Shown here one piece after another: positions 56,207-63,829 of a stretch of DNA of 63,829 nucleotides. Source of the DNA: Fidelibacterota bacterium (GTDB lineage Bacteria; Fidelibacterota; UBA8477; JABMPR01); the NCBI GenBank assembly GCA_013202385.1, contig JABMOT010000130.1, positions 1 to 63,829 of the forward strand, given 5' to 3'. Each line of letters starts with the position of its first letter. Positions within the stretch are counted from its first letter, which is position 1. The notes under the pieces were generated by a model. That model was not told where the DNA came from. It ran no database searches and saw only the letters and a list, made by a program, of their open reading frames with translations. Position numbers and translations under genes: made by a program.

Positions 56207-56838
56207 ACTGAAGAATCCAATAATTGATCGATTCGGGTTAAAACTGTTCGTTTTAAGCTGTCGATACTATCACGGCCATCCAGAACCAAAAATCGATGAG
56301 AATCCGCTTCTGCCAATTTGAGGTAACCATTTTTAGTCCGTAGTTTAAATTCAACATTTTCTGCTTCCAAGCGATCCAGGTCACGATCTTCCATTCGATC
56401 TTCTGCAGTCTCAAGGGGCGTATCTACCAGAATTGTTAGATCTGGGATCACAGTTCCAATAGCAACATCAGCAACTTTTTGAATACTTTCCAGCGAAAGA
56501 TTCCGACCATAGCCCTGGTACGCTATGGTACTATCCACAAATCGATCAAGTAAGACGATTTCCCCCTTTTTCAGGGCTGGAACTACCTTTTCTGAGATTA
56601 ATTGGTTGCGACTGGCAAAATAAAGCAGCATTTCAGTGACAGGACTCATTTCCATATTTTCGCGATCAAGGAGAATATTTCTGATTTTCTCAGAAATTCT
56701 AGTACCACCGGGTTCACGATATAAATGCACAGCAAATCCTCTGTCAATGAGTTCATGATAAAGCATTTTACACTGGGTGGATTTTCCAGATCCGTCTATG
56801 CCTTCAAAGCTGATTAACAGGGGTCTGGCAGACTTCAT
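56203..56838 (-). CDS. tmk: Thymidylate kinase
   Basis: ISFEGIDGSGKSTQ P-loop, REPGGT and DRFVDSTIAYQG. The start at 56838 forms an ATGA overlap with the upstream gene. The ORF track extends to 56871. Confidence 0.9.
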   Translation of the reverse strand: MKSARPLLISFEGIDGSGKSTQCKMLYHELIDRGFAVHLYREPGGTRISEKIRNILLDRENMEMSPVTEMLLYFASRNQLISEKVVPALKKGEIVLLDRFVDSTIAYQGYGRNLSLESIQKVADVAIGTVIPDLTILVDTPLETAEDRMEDRDLDRLEAENVEFKLRTKNGYLKLAEADSHRFLVLDGRDSIDSLKRTVLTRIDQLLDSSV

Positions 56839-57461
56839 TTTTTCTTTTTTGCCAACTGAATTAAAATCCATATATAATCATAAAAGCTAAGGGCAGCCAG
56901 GAACCACGCCAGGAGCACAACAAAAAGATATGCCCGTTCACCTGGCCACGCACCCAAAAGAATAAACAGGAACATAATACCCATACGATCCCAACGGAGG
57001 AAATACAATTGGGGTATATTAATGGCAGTTAAATCGTATTTCATTTGAAGATTCGTGAGTAAATACAATCCAGTGACACCTATCAAGACTGCAGCCCCTG
57101 ACCACCAATGCCCCTGTAACCACATATGCAGACTTAAGCCCAACATGAGCGGTACTTCCTCAATAAAGTGCTTGAATCGGGCATTTGGAGCCGTTCTATC
57201 AACAAACAGGTGTAATTGAATCTGATCCACAAAAAGCCACAGACCTATCATAATTGCACTCAGCAAGTATGAACCCAGGAGTAAAGTCAGGACGCTAAAT
57301 GCAGCCAGCCCGTATCGAATCTTATTTAGATTCTGTGCATCAATATTGTTCGTATCGACAGTTACAATTGCTCGATTGAGAGCCTTTTTCAATAATTTTT
57401 GAACAAATCTGGGATAGTTGAAATCATCCCGTGCATATTCGAATCGCTCATCTGTGGTCAT
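56835..57461 (-). CDS. Hypothetical integral membrane protein
   Basis: 208-aa ORF with ~5 TM helices, ATGA-coupled to rsmI upstream and tmk downstream. No recognisable family. Confidence 0.5.
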   Translation of the reverse strand: MTTDERFEYARDDFNYPRFVQKLLKKALNRAIVTVDTNNIDAQNLNKIRYGLAAFSVLTLLLGSYLLSAIMIGLWLFVDQIQLHLFVDRTAPNARFKHFIEEVPLMLGLSLHMWLQGHWWSGAAVLIGVTGLYLLTNLQMKYDLTAINIPQLYFLRWDRMGIMFLFILLGAWPGERAYLFVVLLAWFLAALSFYDYIWILIQLAKKKK

Positions 57462-58135
57462 GCTTTATTCCCTCCGATCATGATAACTACCTCACCTTTA
57501 ATGCTACGTACATCCAACTGTTCCCTGATCTCTGAGACAGGTCCCCGAATAAATTCTTCAAATTTCTTGGTGATCTCTCTGCCAATTACAACTTGACGGT
57601 CGCCCATATACTCAGATATGTCTTTCAAAGTTCGGTTGATTCGATGGGGTGATTCATAAAATATTATGGTCCTTGGATCTTCAGCCAAAACCTTAAATCG
57701 CGTTTGGCGGCCTTTCTTGCGGGGTAAAAATCCCTCAAAAGTGAATCGATCAGAAGGCAGTCCGGAAGCGACTAGAGCGGCGAGCATGGCCGATGCGCCG
57801 GGGATGGGAATCACCTCGACTCCCTGGGCTACTGCGGCCCTTACCAGAAAAAAGCCAGGATCACTTATCAAGGGAGTACCAGCATCGGAGATAAGTGCAA
57901 TATCATCGCCACGCTCCAATTTTCGCAATAAACCAGGGGTTGCCTGCTCTTTATTATGATCATGATAGGGCAACATTGAAGTCGCTATTTCATAGTGTTT
58001 AAGGAGCACTCCTGACACTCGAGTATCCTCAGCAGCGATGAGACTCACGCTTTTCAGTATGTCGACTGCGCGAAAAGTGAAATCTGCGAGATTGCCGATA
58101 GGTGTGGAGACGATATATAGTTTGCCGGAAGACAT
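57458..58135 (-). CDS. rsmI: 16S rRNA (cytidine1402-2'-O)-methyltransferase
   Basis: LYIVSTPIGNLADFTFRAVDIL..LIAAEDTR... tetrapyrrole-methylase-fold RsmI signature. The size is typical. Confidence 0.9.
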   Translation of the reverse strand: MSSGKLYIVSTPIGNLADFTFRAVDILKSVSLIAAEDTRVSGVLLKHYEIATSMLPYHDHNKEQATPGLLRKLERGDDIALISDAGTPLISDPGFFLVRAAVAQGVEVIPIPGASAMLAALVASGLPSDRFTFEGFLPRKKGRQTRFKVLAEDPRTIIFYESPHRINRTLKDISEYMGDRQVVIGREITKKFEEFIRGPVSEIREQLDVRSIKGEVVIMIGGNKA

Positions 58136-58178
58136 CTATATTTATCTGGAGATTCCTGGAACCTCGAAAATATTTCGA

Positions 58179-59699
58179 TTATAAATCGAAAGAGATACCT
58201 TGTGCCAATTGAATCTCTTTACTCCAGTTAATCGTATTCGTCTGGCGGCGCATATAAGCTTTCCACGCATCTGAACCTGACTCACGACCACCACCGGTTT
58301 CTTTTTCCCCTCCAAAAGCACCGCCAATCTCAGCCCCGGATGTCCCAATGTTAATGTTGGCGATGCCACAATCCGAACCAATGTGAGAAAGAAAACGCTC
58401 AGCATGTTGCATGTTCATCGTAAACAAGGCTGAGGATAAACCCTGAGGCACCGCATTGTGCAATTCAATAGCTTCATCAATCGTTTGAAATGGAATAATA
58501 TAAAGGATTGGCGCAAAGGTTTCCGTCTGGATGATGTCCCAATGATTTTCGCCAAGAACAATGGTGGGTTCAACAAAATACCCGGCTTTAGCTTTCATAG
58601 CCTTGCCACCGAACAGAATTTTTCCACCTGCAGCTTGTATCTCCCGGATTGCGTGCTCATAATCCTCAACGGCAGCGGCATTGACCAGGGGTCCCATAAG
58701 CGTACCTGATACGAGGGGATCACCAATACGGACCTGTTTGTATGCCTTTAACAACCTCTCCAGAAATAGGTCTTTAATATTTTCCTGGATGAGAATGCGG
58801 CGAGTGGATGTACAGCGTTGGCCAGCAGTACCAACGGCCCCAAAGACAGTTGCCGGGATGGCCAGGTCCAGATTTGCCGTATCGTCAATAATAATGGCAT
58901 TATTCCCACCAAGCTCCAGGATACTGCGACCGAACCGCTTTGCAACGACTTCACCAACATGACGTCCCATGGGCGTTGAGCCAGTGAAGGAAACCAGTGG
59001 AATCCGCTTGTCATTGATGAGACGCTCTCCAATAACTGAGCCACGACCAATAACCAGATTAAATATCCCCTTATATCCGTTTTCATGTAAAACCTGATTA
59101 CAGATCTTCTGAACAGCAATCCCACAAAGTGGCACAGTTGATGAGGGCTTCCATACGGTGATATCCCCTGCTATTGCAGCAAGAAAGGAGTTCCAAGCCC
59201 ATACGGCTACGGGAAAATTGAATGCTGAAACCACACCCACCACACCCAATGGATGGTATTGATCATACATCCGGTGCTGAAAGCGTTCTGAATGCATAGT
59301 ACTACCGTACAACATCCTGGATTGACCAACTGCGAAATCAGCAATATCGATCATCTCTTGAACTTCCCCATCACCTTCCTGCTTTATCTTGCCCATTTCC
59401 AGAGAAACAAGACTTCCCAGTGCATCTTTCTTCTCCCGGAGGGCAACACCCATTTTGCGAACCAGTTCTCCTCTGATAGGGGCTGGAACTTGGCGCCATT
59501 CCTTGAAGGCTTCGGCCGCCTGAGCAACAACTTCCTCATAGGTTTCTTCTGAGCATTGATACACGCTCGCGATCAGTTCACCAGTAGCCGGGTTGATAGA
59601 TTTTAAGATATCATCACCACCAGTAGCCAGCCATTCACCAGCTCCAATGCAGGCGCCAGCGTTAAATTCTTCTATTCCCAACTCTTTCAAAAAGTCCAT
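58179..59699 (-). CDS. Aldehyde dehydrogenase of the ALDH7 type (2-aminoadipate-6-semialdehyde / piperideine-6-carboxylate dehydrogenase)
   Basis: Near-colinear match from memory to ALDH7A1 over the whole length ([66 protein letters not shown]). Confidence 0.85.
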   Translation of the reverse strand: MDFLKELGIEEFNAGACIGAGEWLATGGDDILKSINPATGELIASVYQCSEETYEEVVAQAAEAFKEWRQVPAPIRGELVRKMGVALREKKDALGSLVSLEMGKIKQEGDGEVQEMIDIADFAVGQSRMLYGSTMHSERFQHRMYDQYHPLGVVGVVSAFNFPVAVWAWNSFLAAIAGDITVWKPSSTVPLCGIAVQKICNQVLHENGYKGIFNLVIGRGSVIGERLINDKRIPLVSFTGSTPMGRHVGEVVAKRFGRSILELGGNNAIIIDDTANLDLAIPATVFGAVGTAGQRCTSTRRILIQENIKDLFLERLLKAYKQVRIGDPLVSGTLMGPLVNAAAVEDYEHAIREIQAAGGKILFGGKAMKAKAGYFVEPTIVLGENHWDIIQTETFAPILYIIPFQTIDEAIELHNAVPQGLSSALFTMNMQHAERFLSHIGSDCGIANINIGTSGAEIGGAFGGEKETGGGRESGSDAWKAYMRRQTNTINWSKEIQLAQGISFDL

Positions 59700-59759
59700 A
59701 ATAACCTCGCTAATAAATGTTTATGCTTTATTGCATTATTCTCAGTAATTACTTAAGTC

Positions 59760-61076
59760 TCAAGTCCTGACAACTTCTTCCTTAAATGATATCCCCATGG
59801 TTTTTAATTCAGCCAGAACGGGTTCATAAATGATGGGGTCAACAGGAATCTGAATTCCAGTAAGCTTTATTTTCCCCTCCAATATTAATCGAACAGAAAT
59901 TGCCAGTGGTGATGATACGGTTCTCGCCATGGAGCTAGTCCCATTTGGAATTCCATAATCAAACAATGTGGAGCGGATTTCCTCTTCGTGATCCGAGAAT
60001 TTGGCTTTAAATCGATGCTGGAGCGCTACCATATCTCGTTCGCCCGGCCCATAGCTCATTTTTCGATTCATTAATTCAGCCAACACATCAATGGCATTTG
60101 TTTTTTGATTTTGGTGAGGTGTTGTATCAAATAGGCCTAACCAATCCAATGCGTTCATGACCGTTGTGTTCTCAGACATTCCCAACTTCCTGGCAACATC
60201 TGTTCTCAACTTGTGGATATTAAAGCTGTTCAAGCCAGCAAGTATTTCGGCATAGCTGAATTTGCCGGTCGTAACCGATGTATCTTTTATCAAGTTCAGA
60301 TTTATTAATGCCAGCATGAGTTTGTGCCAACCTGCATAGCGCAAAGTTCCACGCATTAAGTGCTGAATGCCATCCAAGCCATAGATATGTTCGTAGGCAA
60401 TCGAGTCTCGATTGGGGTAGGCTTCGAATGCCTGATTCCCTATTCGCATGGCTGTGGTTGAATGAAATAACTCCTCTGAGCTGATCGTTTTCACTTTCCC
60501 CTCAGCAATGAATCTGGCGGAATTATTTCCTGCAAGCAGCACTCCTTTGGGACTCCATGAAAATTTGTACCCAAATGGGTTGTCGTTGGCATCAGGAGCG
60601 GGTAAGCCACCACAGACTGAAATAAATTCGGAGATTACTCCTCCTCTACTCTGGATATCATGAATGATCTGCATGGCAGACATATGATCAATTCCAGGAT
60701 CCAAGCCCATTTCACAGAGGAAAAGTAGATTTTTCGCACGCGCCGCTGTATCAAAAGCCCGCAGCTCTTCTGAAACATATGAGGCATTCACCATGTGTTT
60801 TTCAGCTTCGAGACAATGCCTGGCAACAATACCGTGCAACGTATAAGGGAGGAGTGAAACAACCAGATCGGAGCCAACCACCAGTTCTCTTAAGCCGCTC
60901 GAATTATTTACATCCAGAGCCTTTGCCTGACCGCGGGGATTATGATTAATGGCTTTGGTAGCATTCGCTTCAAGAATATCTGCAACAGTGAGAAAATAAT
61001 CTGTTTTTTCAAACAAATAATCAATGATTGGTTGGGATACCAGTCCAGCACCCAGAATGAGTACACGTTTCGCCAT
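59760..61076 (-). CDS. Saccharopine dehydrogenase (NADP+, L-glutamate-forming; SDH half of AASS)
   Basis: VLILGAGLVSQP, GLDPGIDHM, CGGLPAP..NP.GYKFSWSP and GTLRY.GW match the SDH domain of eukaryotic AASS/LYS9. Confidence 0.85.
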   Translation of the reverse strand: MAKRVLILGAGLVSQPIIDYLFEKTDYFLTVADILEANATKAINHNPRGQAKALDVNNSSGLRELVVGSDLVVSLLPYTLHGIVARHCLEAEKHMVNASYVSEELRAFDTAARAKNLLFLCEMGLDPGIDHMSAMQIIHDIQSRGGVISEFISVCGGLPAPDANDNPFGYKFSWSPKGVLLAGNNSARFIAEGKVKTISSEELFHSTTAMRIGNQAFEAYPNRDSIAYEHIYGLDGIQHLMRGTLRYAGWHKLMLALINLNLIKDTSVTTGKFSYAEILAGLNSFNIHKLRTDVARKLGMSENTTVMNALDWLGLFDTTPHQNQKTNAIDVLAELMNRKMSYGPGERDMVALQHRFKAKFSDHEEEIRSTLFDYGIPNGTSSMARTVSSPLAISVRLILEGKIKLTGIQIPVDPIIYEPVLAELKTMGISFKEEVVRT

Positions 61077-61085
61077 AATTAGTTG

Positions 61086-62384
61086 CTACGCTTTCAGATA
61101 TTGCTTCAAATAGTTGAATTCAGGGGTTAGCTGACCTCGGTGAACGATCACTGCTCTTTTAATTTCTGGTGGAAGCGCCAATGATTCGAAAGGCTTTGAA
61201 TAATCGCAAACGCCCATGGCATGGACGAATGGGAGCAAAGCCTCCCCAAAAACTTCAGATGACTCACGGGGTAATTCGGTGGGCAGGTTGTCGATGGCCA
61301 TGAGGAGTGGTCCTTCCCCTTTGAACCCCATTTCCCTCGCACCCGTTTCAGGATTAAAGGTATAAACTGGATCGGGGCTTAAAGTTGACCCGATATTGAA
61401 TTGAATGGCTCCATCTATATCACAGGTGATATCCCCAACAATAGAAAGTGATGGTTTATTCCGGTAGTGTTCCTTGATCTCTTCAAGGGTAATTAGCCTG
61501 GGGTAAGGTGTATCCCAATAGATGCAGTTCACCAGAATATTTAATTTGTCAAGATAGCGCTTAAATTTTGATTGATACTTCTCTGGATTATCAAAATAAT
61601 CCTGTAATTCAAAGTTATCCGAGGCGCTCTTGGGCTCGAACATATCTGACTCTTTAAAAACCACTTTGATAATTTGTCCAGCGTAAGCGCTCAAATCAGT
61701 AGCCAGCAGTTCCTCCGGGGAAAGTTCCATAATCTGAAAATTAGCTATAATTTCCTGAGCCCCTTTTGACACATTACCATAACCGGTGATGCCGATTACG
61801 ATGGGCGCTTTATCAGCCAACCAGCGCGAGATCTCTGAGCCGAGAATTTGAAGTGACAGCGTAATTTCTTCAAGATCATGATAATCCATGGCCTGCTTAA
61901 TTTTTAAAAATGGACTCTTCACTCCGCCTGCATTTTGGCGTTTCCCATAGGACCACAGAGTATTCACCATACCTGCAAGGCCGGCATGTCTCCCAAAAAA
62001 TACCAATCGACGATTCGTTTCATCACGGATCAATTCGTAATCAATAAGTGTGGCACCAACATCAAGAATATGCTGTAACATGGGCATGTTATAATTCTGC
62101 CCCTTGATAGTGTGGGAGAAAAAAAGATAAGCCTGATTCGCAATGATGTTCTTTACTACGATCTCTTTTACAGCCATCACAAGATTCGCATCCTGCAATG
62201 CAGAAGTCATATCAATACCTCGAGAGCTAAATTCTTGATCCCTGAATTTCCGCTGTTTAGAAGGTTGTACTACAATGGAAAGATCGGGGTATTGGTGAAG
62301 TAAATTTTGAATCTGTGAGGGTGTAAGCGGGATTCTACCTTCGCCAGGTTTATGTTCAGCTATGATACCAATATGAGACGCCAT
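61086..62384 (-). CDS. Lysine-2-oxoglutarate reductase (saccharopine dehydrogenase, L-lysine-forming; LKR half of AASS)
   Basis: FFSHTIKGQ, LIDYE, GRHAGLAGMVN and TGYGNVSKGAQ match the LKR domain of AASS. The ATG at 62384 lies one codon inside the TTG of the ORF track. Confidence 0.8.
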   Translation of the reverse strand: MASHIGIIAEHKPGEGRIPLTPSQIQNLLHQYPDLSIVVQPSKQRKFRDQEFSSRGIDMTSALQDANLVMAVKEIVVKNIIANQAYLFFSHTIKGQNYNMPMLQHILDVGATLIDYELIRDETNRRLVFFGRHAGLAGMVNTLWSYGKRQNAGGVKSPFLKIKQAMDYHDLEEITLSLQILGSEISRWLADKAPIVIGITGYGNVSKGAQEIIANFQIMELSPEELLATDLSAYAGQIIKVVFKESDMFEPKSASDNFELQDYFDNPEKYQSKFKRYLDKLNILVNCIYWDTPYPRLITLEEIKEHYRNKPSLSIVGDITCDIDGAIQFNIGSTLSPDPVYTFNPETGAREMGFKGEGPLLMAIDNLPTELPRESSEVFGEALLPFVHAMGVCDYSKPFESLALPPEIKRAVIVHRGQLTPEFNYLKQYLKA

Positions 62385-62612
62385 CAATGTCAGATTCCTA
62401 TTTTTTGAGATGCATATGCTATAGAGCCATGCAATATAATTTGGAGACTTAGCTTCTCAAGAGTAATGCTAGTAAAGGCGCGGATTTGTAACCGATTGTT
62501 TTGTATTTTTTTTGCTCTGAATTCTGGTTTGGATAACTGAATCTGTCTGGCTTTTACCCGCCCAAAATAACAATCGGAGTCATTATAAAGACTTGTTATA
62601 GCTGTGATTCTA

Positions 62613-63611
62613 TCACTCTATCCACCCGATAATACTTTCACTCTGTTTTGAGGAGTGCGTGAGATTTGTCTCGGTCTGGGATTCAAGATCCATAATAAAA
62701 ATGTCAAAGTAGGCACCATTTATCGGTTCCGATCGAATAAACGCCAGGTAGTGCGAATCAGCAGAGAGTCTACCCTGTCTTGAATTGCCCCTAAATATTT
62801 CTACTGCCGATCGGGTAACTGGGTCGTATAGTCCATAGGCTCTCGTACCTTTTGGATCATGCATGGCCACTGAATACAGGATCTCTCCGCTAGGTATCCA
62901 TTGTTCCAAAAAAACAGACTGGTTTTCGAAGAGGGTCTCTGTGTTTCCACTGTCGAGATTAATAATGACTGATCTGGGAGCACTACCCACAGACATCTCG
63001 TCAGACTCTATGGGAACCTCGCGAAAGACAATCCGATCTCCTTCAGGACTCAGCAATGGCCAGATATGGTTGGAAGCACCCATATTATCACTGAGGCGTG
63101 TAAATACTTCCCCTTCAACTTGATACAGATAGATTCCCATATTTGATCGTGGTGAACTCTGGTCAGGCTTTGCCAGGTAAAAGTCCTGACTTCCGTCATA
63201 GAGCGGCCAGGCACCGCCTTTGATGGTCAGCACTATTGAATTGGATGCCTTCCAATGACCTGACTTCTTTGTTATGGGTCCCAATAAGTGCAATACCCTC
63301 ACATTTTGGCCATTATCAACAACAAATGTGATATACTCGCCATTGCGTGCAACCTGGGGTGTCAAAATAAGTTCATTCGGGGTGCTACAATTAAATATCG
63401 TGGTTCGTCCTTCAGCATCATGCAAGAATATTGCATCACGACCATCCTCATTTCCGATGTAAGCCATCACGGGAAATACACCATCTTCCCGGGTTTTAGT
63501 GTCTGAGCACAATGAGGACGATTGCCAGAACACCAAGGTTATGACAAGGCCTCTAACTGTGGAAAAGAATGATTTTCTGATCCGATCCAAGATGTTCATG
63601 TTCAAGTTCAA
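62613..63611 (-). CDS. Secreted TolB-like (PD40/WD40-like) beta-propeller protein
   Basis: Signal peptide and repeated SP.G..I.F / D.. patterns (SPEGDRIVFRE, SADSHYLAFIRSE...DIFIMDL). TTG start after GAGGA. Confidence 0.5.
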   Translation of the reverse strand: MNLNMNILDRIRKSFFSTVRGLVITLVFWQSSSLCSDTKTREDGVFPVMAYIGNEDGRDAIFLHDAEGRTTIFNCSTPNELILTPQVARNGEYITFVVDNGQNVRVLHLLGPITKKSGHWKASNSIVLTIKGGAWPLYDGSQDFYLAKPDQSSPRSNMGIYLYQVEGEVFTRLSDNMGASNHIWPLLSPEGDRIVFREVPIESDEMSVGSAPRSVIINLDSGNTETLFENQSVFLEQWIPSGEILYSVAMHDPKGTRAYGLYDPVTRSAVEIFRGNSRQGRLSADSHYLAFIRSEPINGAYFDIFIMDLESQTETNLTHSSKQSESIIGWIE

Positions 63612-63829
63612 TATTTGATCCTCTATGCTGCCCTATTGCGTGAACAATAAGGAATAAGAGCAACATAAAGGATTGCTGCCGTTCTCCAACAGGTGTTTTC
63701 AGCCTTTCGCATGAAATAATTCGCTTGAATCGTTAATTAGGGCTTCCTCAAAAAGTGATAACTATTAATAATAACAGTATGATAGATGAGTATTATGGTA
63801 TGATATGTGCAAGAGAAACGGCCAAACAG

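Noticed and set aside
1-63829. CRISPR arrays, tRNA/rRNA genes, transposases, integrases and prophage genes.
   Set aside because: Reading the intergenic regions on both strands, I saw no regularly spaced direct repeats, no cloverleaf-like or rRNA-like segments and no recombinase-type ORFs. A tRNAscan, Infernal and CRISPR-finder run would be the proper confirmation.

Overview
This is 63.8 kb of a Gram-negative, apparently uncultured-type genome. There are about 50 protein genes. I saw no rRNA, tRNA, CRISPR array, transposase or integrase. Four large secreted proteins end in the same ~90-aa sorting domain (NYPNPFNP-TTI ... LLK), which looks like a T9SS/Por-type C-terminal domain and points to the FCB superphylum. 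That taxonomic call is a guess.

Layout:
- 1-9.1 kb: GH31 hydrolase, small membrane proteins, a BNR/Asp-box propeller protein and a PLD-family lipoprotein.
- 9.2-11.4 kb: a translationally coupled FIST sensor / class III nucleotide cyclase pair.
- 11.7-23.2 kb: a PD-(D/E)xK-like orphan, more T9SS cargo (including a single-haem CxxCH protein and a 1546-aa LTD-CotH-beta-helix protein) and a haem-type MCP.
- 23.3-28.6 kb: response regulators, an APC permease and a hybrid histidine kinase.
- 28.6-53.1 kb: an uninterrupted minus-strand block.
- 53.5-63.6 kb: housekeeping genes (Ctp protease, tmk, rsmI), a complete three-gene saccharopine lysine-degradation set and a TolB-like protein.

The most interesting region is the minus-strand block. 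Reading 5' to 3' it holds flagellin plus a small HTH gene, a strong terminator, a porin, an MCP and a 3'-truncated cheW. The cheW remnant abuts a 5'-truncated E1-alpha gene. That gene opens a ~20 kb, 15-gene sugar-modification/glycosyltransferase operon. The operon contains E1 alpha/beta, split transketolase, a B12-radical SAM enzyme, a C-methyltransferase, four dehydrogenases/reductases, a ~2070-aa multi-glycosyltransferase, a cNMP-binding protein and a GT2-TPR protein. It has no polysaccharide export or lipid-priming genes.

I read this operon as a candidate, apparently undescribed protein (flagellin) glycosylation system that builds a branched and methylated sugar, possibly under cyclic-nucleotide control. 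All functional calls come from motif-level reading of the translations and need HMM or structure searches to confirm.
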